From Octopus bimaculoides (lineage: Eukaryota): 50,588 nt of DNA. Within the stretch, counting starts at the first letter, position 1; each line of letters begins with the position of its first letter. Shown here piece by piece: positions 11,710 to 23,528 of this stretch. The DNA is taken from contig NC_068988.1 of assembly GCF_001194135.2 (NCBI RefSeq), positions 73,048,531 to 73,099,118 on the forward strand, in the 5' to 3' direction. Both the position numbers and the translations under genes were made by a program. The notes beneath the pieces are model-generated. The model ran no database searches, was not told where the DNA came from, and saw only the letters and a list, made by a program, of their open reading frames with translations.

Positions 11710-12850
11710 ATGATGCCCAACCAGGAACAACAACACCTTGGATCTCTGCTTCACCAATAACATTATTCACAATATGAAGGTGTCACTAATGATTTCCTAA
11801 GACCACAACATCATAAAATTAACAATGTATGGTCCAAGGCTAATCAAAGCTGTATACACAAGAAACATCCAAACCTTATCCAGCCTAAACTTCTACAAAG
11901 CTAACTGGAATGTGGTTCAAAAAGAGATCCTGAAACAAAGTTTCTCTCTGTCCTTGAGAAAAAAGCCTGTACACACAAAAGCATTATTTGTTGAGACAAG
12001 AGAGTTTTATGAGTTAAAGGAACAAAGATCTCAAATCACCTACACAGTTTAATGATAGTGTGAAGTCCTGCCTCAAAAAATCACTTTTGGAGATCAAAAA
12101 TAAACTCAGATTCTTCTATGAAAAGGAAAGGGAATAGAGAACAAGATCAGTTGAAAATATAAAAACAAACCCTAAGGACTTCTACAAATATACAAAATAA
12201 TCTGCCTCAGAACATTACAAGATAGGGTTACTCTTTGAAGAAAATATCTCACTAACTATAGACCCCATAAGGATAAGTGAAATACTAAATATACAATTTC
12301 AAAGTATTCTCACCTCCCCATTTGGAGATATGCAAATAAATTAATAAGTTGACATAAAAGAAGAGGATGTAATATCAGGATGTAATTTCAAGATGAACTT
12401 GAAATCAGCAATGGGCCCTGAGAGTTATTTTTAGTTCATCTTTTAAAGACATGCAAGAAAGCTCTCACAAAACTTTTCCAAGTTTCCTCACATGTGGCAA
12501 ACTTCCTAAAATGTTAAAAAAAGGTACAATATGACCAACCCATAAAACGGAAGACAAAGCAGATGCTAAAAATTACAGGTCTAGCTCTCTGATCTCACAT
12601 GTCAGCAAAGTCATGGAATGAATTGTCATAAGGAAGCTGATCATGTTCCTAGAAGAAAATGACTTGGTCACTGACATGCAGATTGGCTTCCATCCAGGAA
12701 GAGTTGCCTTACATAGCTGCTATAGCATTGTGACTGGATAGTGAAACAATGGCTCAACAATTTAAATGTGGATGTGATATACCTCAGTTTTATAAAGACC
12801 TTCAATAAATGTCAGAAACTGTCTGACCTTGGTATAGCTGAAAAAGTATG
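11710..12850 (+). mobile_element. Degenerate CR1/L2-group LINE fragment (end of APE and N-terminal half of RT)
   Basis: NTLDL; LSSLNFYKANW; ADAKNYRSSSLISHVSKVME*IV..KLIMFLEENDL..MQIGFHPGR...NVDVIYLSF, similar to CR1-type RT subdomains 1-3. Confidence 0.7.
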
Positions 12851-12950
12851 GGAATGACTACAAGATTTTTTTTTAATATTAGAGCCAGACAACAGCACCA
12901 ATAGTGCTCTCTGTGAAGAGAGCACATTCTGAGATAGGTGAATAACATAT

Positions 12951-13024
12951 AAATAAATAACAAATGAAGGACAGGTGTCAATCCATTAATGGATTGACAC
13001 CTGTCCTTCTTTTGTTATTTATTT
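12951..13024. repeat. 74-bp near-perfect palindrome with no loop
   Basis: AAATAAATAACAAATGAAGGACAGGTGTCAATCCATT|AATGGATTGACACCTGTCCTTCTTTTGTTATTTATTT; 36 of 37 pairs. Confidence 0.95.
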
Positions 13025-13224
13025 GTGTGTGTGTGTGTGTGCATGCGTGTGTGTGTATCAAAAAAGAAAGTATAGTAAGATAACAGGATGCTATCTGTAA
13101 TAGGAAAGATTAGGGAAGATGATAAAAGAAAATAAAAAACAATAAAAGGTTGTAAAGTGCAAGAAGATAAGGACGTTTAATTTTCTATAATAGGTTTTCA
13201 GAAGTAAAAGTAGATTTTAAAAAG

Positions 13225-13482
13225 GTTTGATTTGGTTCTGTGAAACTTCAAGTTTTACAGGCCCCTAACAGGAGCCTGTTTCTTTCAGACTTTGAATTGC
13301 CAAATGGAGAGGTACAAGAAGTCCAAGATGGCTGTACAGGAAGATAGGCTGCTATTGGTCAAGGTGGGTCACATAGTGTTGTCAAAGAGTATCCTTTCCT
13401 TTGTGATAGATCCAAAGCCTGAAAGAAACGGGCTCCCATTAGGGACCTGCAAAACTTGAAGTCGCATGGAACCAAATCAAAC
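13225..13482. mobile_element. MITE with ~65-70-bp terminal inverted repeats
   Basis: GTTTGATTTGGTTC...TTTCTTTCAG (13225-13288) is the inverted copy of CTGAAAGAAA...GAACCAAATCAAAC (13419-13482); the right end continues TG-TA. Confidence 0.8.
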
Positions 13483-13559
13483 TGTATTAAATAATACATG
13501 TAACTTCTAGTAAATGTGTTGAGTGTCCTTTTCTTTCATTTGTCTACTCACTCGTATAT

Positions 13560-13598
<39 letters not shown>

Positions 13599-13639
13599 TT
13601 GATTTTTTCTTATTTAATCAAAAACAATCATTCCACTCT

Positions 13640-14019
13640 CAGTAATAAGTGTGAGGATTGTTGTCTAGGTCTTTGTGAGACTTCAATGGTAGCAGATACT
13701 TTTGCCAAGTGGAGAGACTTCAGTGGCCATAAATGAGCAATACTGTTGAATAGATTCCTGTAATAAAGCCATAGTCACAAGGTTTCTGCAAGGTTTTCTC
13801 ACCTCAGACAGCACAGCTTTGTTTATCAAAAGTTGTTCAGCACATCCCCACACTCCATTCTTTTCATCAGCCTGCTCATCAGTCACTCTGTTGTTAGACT
13901 CACAATAACCCTGGAGAAATTGGTTGAGGCAGCTTGTGAACAGTTTGTACGTAATGTTTAGGTAAGTAACGAGCCTATAGTTCTCTATCAACTCAGTGGT
14001 TTCATTCTTGGCTACAAGA
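13640..14019 (-). pseudogene. R4/Dong-like non-LTR retrotransposon RT fragment
   Basis: KNETTELIENYRLVTYLNITYKLFTSCLNQFL...NN..TDEQA..KNGVWGCAEQLLINKAVLSEVRK..RNLVT resembles RT subdomains 1-3 of restriction-like-endonuclease (R4/Dong) elements. Confidence 0.7.
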
Positions 14020-14021
14020 TA

Positions 14022-15274
14022 TCAGGTTGAGCAAAAAGTAAGCAATGTTTTGAACCATGAAGAATTTGTACTGGATTTTTGCAGTGCAGAATTTTGAATT
14101 TTTTTGTAATTGTCTGATAATGCAGACATAGATTTGCCCAAATGCATCAATAGATTAACATTGATATATTTTCACCATTGTTACAATCATCTGAAATGAA
14201 ACTATCATAGCACAATATTCAAGCAATTTTGCTATTCAACTTCAAAAAGGGATGTCAAGCAGCTGAAATTGCTCACGATATCAACGAAATGTTTGGTGAG
14301 GAAATGACCAGTGAGTGGTCAGCTTGAAAATGGTTTAAACAATTTCGCAGTGGAAACCTGAGCCTTGAAGACTGTGAGAGTAGTGGATGCCCATCTATCA
14401 TCAATGATGGTCAATTAAGACCATCATTGAGAAAGATCCACATAAAACCACTCGAGAACTGGCAAAAGAACTTCAAGTTAGCCAGAAAACTGCCTGCAAC
14501 CATTTGCATGTGATCAGAAAATCAAAAACTTTAACAAATGGGAACCACATGATTTTAATGAAAATCAGAAAATGTGCAGATATGAAATTTGCTCATTGCT
14601 TCTTCTCCGTAAGCAGACCAATCCATTTTTCGACCGTATTGTAACTTGCAATGAAAAGTGGATTCTTTACAATAATAAAAAAACGTTCTTTGCAGTGGTT
14701 GGACCAAAATGAAGCACTGAAAACCTTCCCGAACCCAAGCTCTTCAAAAAGGTTATGGTGACTATTTGGTGGTGTACTGCTGGACTCATCCTCTATAACT
14801 TCTTAAAACCCAGAAAAAAACATTACTACAGCAACATATTGCCATGAAATTGCCAAAATGAATGAAAAACTGCTACTCCTCCATCCCAGACTGGTCAACA
14901 GAAGAGGGCCAATCATTCTCTATGACAATGCTCGACCACGTTTCACTAATGATGCTACAGAAGTTGAGGGAACTTGGTTATGAAGTTCTTCCCCACCCAG
15001 CTTATTCCCCAGACCTTTCTCCTACCACTTTTTCCAGTAATTTGATGGTTTCCTGCAAGAGGAGTTCAAAAATTAAACTGATGCTGAAAGTGCTTTCAAA
15101 GAGTTCATCAGCTTCAGAACTCCAGATTTTTATGTTACTGGAATAAACAAACTTGTAACTCGGCAAAAATGTGTTGATTGTTATGGTACTTGATGAATAA
15201 AATTTTCACATTGTTGAAATATATTGTGATGAATTTCATGTTTCAAAACATTGCTTACTTTTTACTCAGCCTGA
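14022..15274 (+). mobile_element. Full-length but inactive mariner (DD34D) transposon
   Basis: TIRs TCAGGTTGAGCAAAAAGTAAGCAATGTTTTGAA and its inverse at 15242-15274 (2 mismatches); TA on both flanks. Transposase relic from about 14199 with WEPHDF, IVTCNEKWI (D to N), LYDNARP and YSPDLSP; stops and frameshifts. Confidence 0.93.
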
Positions 15275-15725
15275 TAGATGAATGAATGAATGGGTTTTGC
15301 TATGTGTGTGTCCAATATTTATGTTTAGTCTTAACCTAGTGTCTTGTGTCTATTTTGATTTGTCCAAAATCAATAGTCATTGATATTTAAATTTTTTCAG
15401 GTAACTGTTAATTATAGTAATAAAGTAAAGTGAACAATTTCCTTCAGCTATCATAACTGGTTTTTCTTCTTGAAACAATCAAGATGAAAATAAATCTTCA
15501 AGATATTTTCCCTTTATTTTGGTGGTTGTGATGTTGCATTTTCTCTTGTCAGACAAAAATCTTGTCACTATGCTTACAGAATATTCTTCTGAATATCTGC
15601 TCTTTGATAAGCACTACATTGATAATGCCTTTAGAAAACCATGAACATTGCAACTTCCAAAAAGCATCCCTGAGAACATGTTCCTATATAAGAATTCGTT
15701 TGCAGAGGTAGATCACATTATCTAA

Positions 15726-15954
15726 TAGTGGTTCTCAACCATTTTTTGCCTATGGACCACTTTAATTCCTATTTTACTCTACTAAACCTCCATAACCATT
15801 CACTGTATATAAAAAAGAATTTACTGTATTTTTATAACATTAGTAGGAATTCTATAAAAAAAAGTTAAACTATTTTGTGTATTGTAGAAGTATAATTTAT
15901 TGCCCATAAATTTTAACAACAAAATCTTATATGAACCCCAGTTGAGAACCACTG
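15726..15954. mobile_element. hAT (Charlie-like) MITE
   Basis: TIRs (T)AGTGGTTCTCAAC...GTTGAGAACCACTG; ATCTAA on both flanks, a partial TSD resembling the nTCTAnAn Charlie preference. Confidence 0.75.
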
Positions 15955-16894
15955 ATCTAAAAGGTCAAGTCAACTGCCCCTAGTAATAGATTCTATTCTT
16001 AGCATAATTGATAAGCTTTATTTAGCATTACTTTAAGAAAATGATATAACTTCCTATACACACTCATTATTATTAATAGGGAAGTGTGTGACTCGAAAGA
16101 ACGTTTAATCTCTATGTTGGTAGTTTCAAATCCTAAATAAAATCATTTACAAAATTTTTATGCGACAGTCTAGTTAGATGCTTCTCTCATCATTCCAAAC
16201 AGCAGACAATGAAAAATTCATATAGCCTACTTAAACTGCTTTTCTTTTTATATCCACATCTCAAAATTACTCATCTCTGTATCTATTACAATAGATTTCT
16301 AGAGTGAGTTGGAAATATTTGTTGAGTGTATATCTACGTCAACTTGATAAAAGAATGCTTTAAAATATCATTATGTTAAAAGAAAATATCCATATGCAAC
16401 AGCATGGTGGTAAGTAGAAATCCAACATAGTTACATTAACACCACTTGCCAAGGATGATTTTGGTAAGACTGAAAGCATTCAGATTTTAAGCCAAAACCT
16501 TAAGTTCTGGTTTATGACAATTTACCAGAAGGGCTACAGAGATGAAGCAACTCTTTTCACCATGTTTCCATAATGTGGTAAATTTTTGTTGAACCTTTCA
16601 GCAATCTTTTGTTCTCTGTCTCCAATGTAAAAAGGCAAACTTACCATTTTTAGTAACTGTAAAAGTATCAGCAAAGGTCTGAAAAGAAGGCTGCAGTAAA
16701 TAAAAATGTTACTTTGTGACTATTGGAAGATGGTTGGAGGTTCTCAGGTTTTGTGGCTGACATTAAATTAGTTCCATTTAATGTTCATAAGAAGAAAGTC
16801 AGTATGTAGTCAACATCTTTGGTACCAGAATATATTGTTAAAAATAATTTTGTATATTTGGAATGTAGTCATCATCAATCTCTTCATTATCAGC

Positions 16895-17135
16895 TGCTCC
16901 TTATCATCATTATTTAATATCCATGATCCATGCAGGTATGGGTAGGATAGTTTGACAATCCAACAGGTCTGAGGACTGTATCATGCTCCAATATCCACTT
17001 TGGTCGGTTTCTACAGTTGGATGTCCTTCTTAATGTCAACCATGTTACAGAGTGTACTAGGTGCTTTCTTTCTGAATGACACCAGCACCAGTGAGGTTGT
17101 TATGCAACTTGCAAGACTAAGATTCCTTTTAACTC
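16895..17135 (-). mobile_element. Degenerate RTE-type 3' tail copy, adjoining a purine-rich tract (17140-17560)
   Basis: Reverse complement of the conserved tail (TTTCTACAGTTGGATGTCCTTCTTAATG), starting at TCATCAT. Confidence 0.7.
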
Positions 17136-17559
17136 AATGAGGCTACAGTAGAGATGGGAATGGCTTTATGCTAGGGGATGAGGAGTTGAAGTATGAGAAA
17201 AGGGGCCAGAAGAGAATAGGTTCTTTTACTGTAGATGTACATTCTTGTTGTACATGGCTACTTGCATTATATAAGAGGTGTCAGGGTAGACCCTTAAAGG
17301 AAAAGATAAGTAGAGGTGAGTGGGGTCAGGAGAAACAGGAGGTTTGGGTGAGTAGAGTTTGTAAGAGTGTATGAGAGAGTGAAAGATAGATTTGAGGAAT
17401 AGGGTGGGGGTGATTATGGTGAAGAACGATAAGTTGGAAAAATAAGGAAGAGTAGGTGACAATTTAAAAAATCCTATAGGGTTGAGTGGGGTGATATAGT
17501 GAATTGTGGGTAAGGTGTGTGAGTGAAGTGACAAATGATAATGTTCATCCACTGGAGTT

Positions 17560-17800
17560 ATGAGGACCATATAGTCATCCTGGAGTTGGGGTGCATTTGT
17601 GACTGATCAGGCCAAGCTGTGCCCAGAGGGTTCTTTGACAGTGTTGACAGGAGATGGTGGTGGTAGTTGGGGATTTGAAGGAGCTGGTTTTCCTGGTCTG
17701 TCTGCATTGCTCAGACATCTCTTGTATATTATGTTTACAATGAGTACACAATTTCAAGTTCTTTCTCATTCACAACAAACACTGAACCTAACAACAATAA
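17560..17800 (-). pseudogene. BovB-like RTE C-terminal zinc-finger fragment
   Basis: TISCQHCQRTLWAQLGLISHKCT resembles the CxxCxRxFxxxIGLxSHxRTH C2H2 end of BovB-type RTE ORFs. Confidence 0.55.
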
Positions 17801-18403
17801 TTAATAGAAGTGGGGGTAGATCAGAGCACATTCGATTGTTTACCACTACATTAAGTTCATTATCAGTCCTGATTTTACTCAAAGTTGTATCTTTACATAT
17901 ATCTCGAATTGTTTTCATGAACCATTCATCAGCACTTACAATAGCTGTTTCTATTACCTTAAAGATATTGAAGTGAATGCAAGAGAGTGATAGGTGGCAG
18001 GGTCAGAGAAGTTGCCTTTGTTAAGAGACAGGGTTTCATAATTTGTAAAATGATGTAAATATCTTTGATCAGAGACATCAAAGGTTTTACAATTCTGAAT
18101 TCATAAATATATACACCTTAATATCTTATCAGGAATCAGAGAATAGTGCAAATGATTGTTGAGAGGAAAGTTGTGAGTTCCAACAATCATAAGCTGTATG
18201 TTATATCTAAAGCTAGGTTCTGCATTACCTGGTAACTAAGCGGGTCAGATGAGAAATGGAATGATTCAATGATAAAGTAACATGTTAAATAGAAATTGAA
18301 AAGTAGTTTGAAGTGGCTCAATGTTGAGATAAAATTTTTTCATGACATAAAGCATAATATAGTTTTAAGTTATTAAAATTCATATATTATATATATTAAA
18401 AAC

Positions 18404-18409
18404 TTTATT
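18404..18409 (-). promoter_or_regulatory. Candidate polyadenylation signal (AATAAA) of FXN
   Basis: AATAAA on the minus strand about 80 nt downstream of the stop codon. Confidence 0.55.
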
Positions 18410-18488
18410 GTACATCATGCATACATTCAATTTCTTTAAAATAAATTAATTTTATCTTAGATTTATCAAAAGAAAATAAGAATAACCT

Positions 18489-18627
18489 TCAATAAAAAGC
18501 ACAGTCCATAAAAGAAATATCTGTTTTCAATATTACTGTCATCTCTTTTTGCAGTAAGTTATGCAAACTGGTTCCATCACGTTTATAAATCCATTTGTTT
18601 CCTATAAAATCATAGCGTTTCGGTCCA
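18489..18627 (-). CDS. FXN: Frataxin, last coding exon: (S)GPKRYDFIGNKWIYKRDGTSLHNLLQKEMTVILKTDISFMDCAFY*
   Basis: Minus-strand acceptor TTATCTTTTTCTTTTTAACAG, then 1 nt + 45 codons + TGA (139 nt). Matches the frataxin C-terminal motif SGPKRYD..W.Y..DG.SLH.LL..E. The intron splits the Ser codon in phase 2, as in human FXN. Confidence 0.95.
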
Positions 18628-19159
18628 CTGTTAAAAAGAAAAAGATAATTATTAAAATAATATTTGAAGTAATTTTACTACAGTAAGAACTTTAACAATA
18701 CTAAAACTTATTCAAGAGATATGAAAACCACAGTAAATATGCTCTCTCACACACACACCAAATAGATTATATCAAAGACATGTTGCTGTTGTTATTGATC
18801 ACTCTGATCATCCTATAGTCAAAGGCATTCCAGCTATGACTATCCTATCTTATTTTAAGATGTAGCCTATATCTTAAACTACACTATTCAGTATAGAGTA
18901 TATTTGCTTGTTCATTCAATAAAATTAAAAACTTAAGGAATATGTCTCAGAAACTAAGAAACATTAAGTGATTAAAGTTAATCCTTACATGATTCATAGA
19001 GATTCATAGAGTTGTACTCAGTTCATTTAGATAATTACAATGAAATAAAATCTTCATTTGAAGAAATGGTTAGTCTCTTTCCTATCTCCTCACAGCTAGA
19101 TAAATTAAGGCAAAGCAAAGTTAAACTGTTTGTCTAGGGATATAGTCGTTGGTTTGTTT

Positions 19160-19710
19160 TAATCATCTAGATGGCAGAAAGGGAGCACTTAAGATTTCTC
19201 ATTGATTAATATTATCAAGGCTACACAAGAAGGAGAATCCAGAGAGGTGCATTTCAGGGGAGAAAAGGGAAAAGTATTTAGGGTAGAATATGAAGGGATA
19301 AAATTAAAGATAACATGAGTAGATGCAGTTACACTGGGTGGACTTGTGCAACTGTAGTGTCTGACTTGTTGCTTCAGAGTGATAGAGATGAAATTACTCT
19401 GGTCATCTAGGAGGTTGTAGCAGGTTGCTGAATGAATCTTTAACAATTGGCTGAAGGCAAGAGCAACAATATTACTTTTTCCAAAATTCTCAAGAGTGGG
19501 AAACCACTGATGTAAGCAAATCCTCAATAGATCTAGTTATAGAAATCATACCGACAGTCATTGACACCTCAACATTGAATAAAGTAGTTATCGATAACTG
19601 TTTCTGTAACATTTGAGTTGTTAGAAGTGAGAACAATAGAATAATAGTTGGTAGGATTAGGGAGTTTACACTTCTTAGCAATGGACACACTGTTGCAACT
19701 TTCCAAAGCT
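19160..19710 (-). pseudogene. Highly degenerate CR1/L2/Jockey-group RT fragment
   Basis: Across frames: NPTNYYSIVLTS..SNVTETVI, RSIEDLL, ENFGKSNIVALAFS, compared with the typical NYRPIALTS..SKVME, RSTGDLL, NFGES.VVALDISKAF. Confidence 0.5.
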
Positions 19711-19717
19711 TGAAGTA

Positions 19718-20205
19718 ATTTAGAGAGCTACTACTTCTGTTGGTAACAAAGAGATTTCTCTGTTAGAGTGAAAAGCAGATGGCATGTTTATATATGAACA
19801 ACAATGTTACAAGGTAGCAAGATGTGGGCTCCAAATGCAGAGGACTTGCAAAGACTAGAAAGAAATGAAGCTAATATACTCTGTTGGATATGTAATGACA
19901 GTGTGCATGAATGACAAAGTATGAATTGAGAGAAAAATAAAGAGTAAGAGGAATCAGGTGTAGTGTGCAAGAGAGAAGACTGCAGAGGTATGGATGTGAT
20001 GTGTATGGATAGAGACAGCTGTATAAAGAAATGCTGATCACTTAATGTGGATGGAGCCTGTGGATAAGACAGACACAGGAAGACATGGAGCAAAAGTAGT
20101 GAAGGCTGATCTTAGGTCTTTGAACCTCACAGGGGAGGTGATAAAGGATTGTGATGACTGGTGATATGCAGTGCTTGAGAAAACCCACACATCTTAGCAA
20201 AACTG
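19718..20205 (+). mobile_element. RTE C-terminal fragment
   Basis: TTTAGAGAGCTACTACTTCTGTTGGTAACAAAG...AGAAATGAAGCTAATATACTC, homologous to 10090-10560. Confidence 0.75.
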
Positions 20206-20929
20206 ACATTCTAGAAGCAAGTGTATATATATACAACTGGGCCCTTGCTTGATTTCCTTGTCAAGCCTTCCCCACCACCTCCATCTCTGTATCACTGATC
20301 CCTCCGTCACTTCCCTAGCTGCAGCATTCTGTTGTTATAATTAAATGTGAGCAGAACTACATATTTCATTATCATCTTTTTCTGTGATACCAGCTATCTT
20401 TCTCACTACCAAGGGCCTCTTCACTTGATAGTCATTCTTCATTCTTAACATTAACTCTCTCCATTCATATTTTACATAAAATCTCCTTCTGTCTCTCCCT
20501 CTCCATTACATATCTTTTACTTGTTACAAGTACTACACCTTTCTTTCTCCTCACACTCTTTGCAGCCACACTTCATCTTTTCTTTCATGTGGGTATCGTC
20601 AAAAAGTAGCAGAGATTTGAAGTCAGAGTTTGTCCTTTCTTAGATGAATTATCTTCCCAGGGTAGTAATTCCATCAACCCAAAGCACTGGTCTTAAGGCA
20701 CCAGCACCCACCTTCATTTCTTTTCCTGTTAACACAAACAGTTCCAGCAGACTTAGAAGCTAAGTCAAACAACTAAACCCAAGGTCAGGAGTTGGGTTTG
20801 GTTGTCAGAGCCTGTTTGAAACACTTGTCATGAGAAGTGAGAGCTTAACTCCACAACCACTTCTCAACTTGACGGAAGGAAAGAAAAACGGACTAAGTAG
20901 ATAAGTACATAGTGAGCTTTTTACAATTT

Positions 20930-21046
20930 CTGCTGAACAAATTCCCTCAAAAGGCATAAGTCAGCCTGAGGCTATAATAGAAGACATTTGATGACAATGG
21001 AGCACTCGGTTAAGAAGTAAACTTCTTTACACAACTATGCCTGCAC
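20930..21046 (-). mobile_element. Deleted copy of tRNA-derived SINE family B
   Basis: Reverse complement of the family B head (GGTGCAGGCATAG...AAGAAGTTTACTTC) plus CTTCTATTATAGCCTCAGG. Confidence 0.5.
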
Positions 21047-21394
21047 CTTCACCTTCTTAATCACAGTTATGCCCAATATATATATACACTGGGTGCATGG
21101 GATGTCTGGATAGGGTAGTACCTGTGACAGAGGAACATGTGGTGCTCTTCAGAGTAGTTTGTCTGTTGTGGTCCTCACTTGACATTCAGCTCTTGTCTGT
21201 GGTTCCTCAAAGCTGTCTGCATGCAACAGCAGTCATACCTCACTCAAGCTAAATCATAGTGAGGGTAGTTGATGGCTTGTCTGCTTATGCATGTGAAGAC
21301 TGGACCCAGCAGACTGTGCAGAGGAAACCACCAAACATACACACAGATATTACACACACACACACACACATATCCTTATACACACATATGCTGC

Positions 21395-21610
21395 TACCAT
21401 CATCATCATTTAGTGCATGGTATGGGTTGGAGCTTTGACAGGATCTCGCATGTCAGAAGACTGTCATGCTTCAGTGTCTGTTTTGGCAAAATTTCTATAG
21501 ACGGATGCCTTTCTTAATGTCAACTACTTTACAGCATGTATTGGGTGCTTTTATTTTTGTAGTGCCAGCACTAGTGAAGATTGCCTTGTAACTTGCAAGG
21601 CTCAGGGCCT
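21395..21610 (-). mobile_element. Degenerate RTE-type 3' tail copy, adjoining a purine-rich tract (21620-21960)
   Basis: (CAT)n followed by the reverse complement of the tail (TTTCTATAGACGGATGCCTTTCTTAATG). Confidence 0.7.
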
Positions 21611-22016
21611 AAAATGGTCCCTATAACTGAAAGAAAAGGGCTACATTGATTCTAGGTGGAAGGATGGCAAGTAAGATGAAAGGAACACAATAATAGTTGT
21701 GATTGGATGGTAGGAAAGAGAGTAACAGAGTAGGCACTAACCACGGGAGGGAGCAAGGTAGGGAAGAGGGGAAATGGGAGGGATAAATGACAGGAATTAC
21801 TGAGAAAAGGAGGGACAGAGTAGAAAGGTGATAAGAAAAGGGGACAGGAAGGGAGCAATAAGGCTTGGGTGAAGAGAAACCTTGAAAGAGACACTGAAAC
21901 AAAGGAAGTTGTGGGTTTCATGGGTGTAGGCAAGAGGAGGGAAGATGAGAAGCATGGCTTGTACAAATGAAAGTTAAGTGTAATCGAAAGATGATTTAAT
22001 AACTTTAAGGATCATA

Positions 22017-22860
22017 CAAGGTGGTATCAAAAAGTTCCCAGACTAGTTCTGTAGTGCACCAACAGATAACAGCACATGGTTGCATGCAAAGTGAGAGCTA
22101 GCAATGACCTTCATGAGGAAATGTGCTGAATGACATCACTTTTTACTTCACAATTTTGTGAAATTTGTGTTTTTGTGATCACATGTTTGCTGTAGTCTGC
22201 GATTTTGTCATGGACAGGAACACAGAGCCAATGTGAAATTTTGTGTTAAACTTGGGAAGTCTGCTACAGAGACATTGTGAGTGCTTTGGCAAGCTTACAG
22301 CGATAAAGCAATGGGTCATACATAATGTTTGAATGGTATGGATGCTTCAAAAACGGAAGAACATCCCTGGAAGACGATGAGCAATCTGGAAGACCTGTCA
22401 CAAGCATCACCTCCAGAAACATGGTATTGTGCATTGAGAACTTGTCCCCCAGGGCTAGACCGTCAATTGAGAGTTCTACTGTAACATTTTGAAGCATTTG
22501 AGAGAGGACATTTGGCAAAAGAGACCAGATCTGTGGAGTGCGAAGGATTGGATTCTTCACAAAGCTCTCCTCACATGTGAGTTTCTCACCAAAAATAACA
22601 TGGTATCACTTCCACACCTGCCCTATTCACCACATTTAGCCCCTATGGACTTCCATCTCTTCCTCAAGATGAAACTGCAGCTCAAAGGTCACCACTGTTG
22701 AGATCCAGAGCAAATTGCAGAAAATGACCTCCAGGCCGGATTCCAAAGGTGGCAGAAATGTTGGGACCAGTGTGCAAGGTAACTATTTCAAAGGAGATGA
22801 TGTTAAATAAGTTATTTTTTATTAAACATAACTGTCTGAGAAGCTTTTGATACCACCTCG
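22017..22860 (+). mobile_element. Internally deleted mariner transposon, a different family from the one at 14022
   Basis: TIRs CAAGGTGGTATCAAAAAGTTCCCAGAC and inverse ...TGATACCACCTCG, with TA flanks. HTH region QRANVKFCVKLGKSATET...SLEDDEQSGRP is joined at about 22410 to the C-terminal LPHLPYSPHLAPMDFHLF. Confidence 0.9.
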
Positions 22861-23486
22861 TATTCTTTACATTCAGTGCTCACATCACATGTTGAGGAAG
22901 TAGAGATGCTTTGAGGAGAGCAGCAATGACAGAAAATGAGTCAGAAGGTGAAGGAGAAGATATGAGCCATGAGAGCAATGAGGGAAGAGATGCTAAAGGG
23001 TATCTCAAAAAGGAGGAAGAAGAACGGAATATGAATGCTGTGTGAGCATCTCAGATGAAGAGGTCATTGAGAGATTTCACACACACACATATTATACAAA
23101 CACACACACACACAAATATAACTCAAGTTTGGAATGTATATTATGAAATTATCTATTTATAGCGTCTTTATACATGTTTTGGTGACCATTGCAAAGGTAG
23201 ATTTCCTTACATGTTCTTTGACATTCACATCAGAAGTGCTGTGTGTGTGTACAGACACATATTGTACAGATGAATTGTTATAATCATTGTAAGAAGTAGT
23301 GTTGGCTAAAAAATATGTTCTACTGTATAGTATAGAAATGAAATGAAATAATTAACACACAAGGAACTTAATATTCAATCATGCTGTCATAAAAGTGTTA
23401 AATATGCAAGTCCATACAGTTTATTTTAACCCTTAATATTAGTGGGTTTATAAGCAGTGTTTGTGGATAGCTAAAGGTGATACGCA

Positions 23487-23528
23487 GCTGCTGATGAAGA
23501 CTCCAAAGAGTCAAAACATATGTACAGC
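23487..23528 (+). ncRNA. Minimal type-I hammerhead ribozyme (Penelope/retrozyme type) with a G12 to A substitution
   Basis: Stem I GCTG/CAGC, core CTGATGA plus an extra A, stem II GACTC-CAAA-GAGTC, AAAA in place of GAAA, stem III AC-ATAT-GT (palindromic), GUA cleavage triplet. Confidence 0.75.

Noticed and set aside
15553-15644. Possible plus-strand terminal exon (KNLVTMLTEYSSEYLLFDKHYIDNAFRKP*)
   Set aside because: The acceptor is plausible, but there is no recognisable homology and no partner exon.
16640-16685. Possible minus-strand microexon (TTTTCAG...G|GTAAGT)
   Set aside because: It lies downstream of the FXN stop and poly(A) signal, with no recognisable peptide or partner exons.
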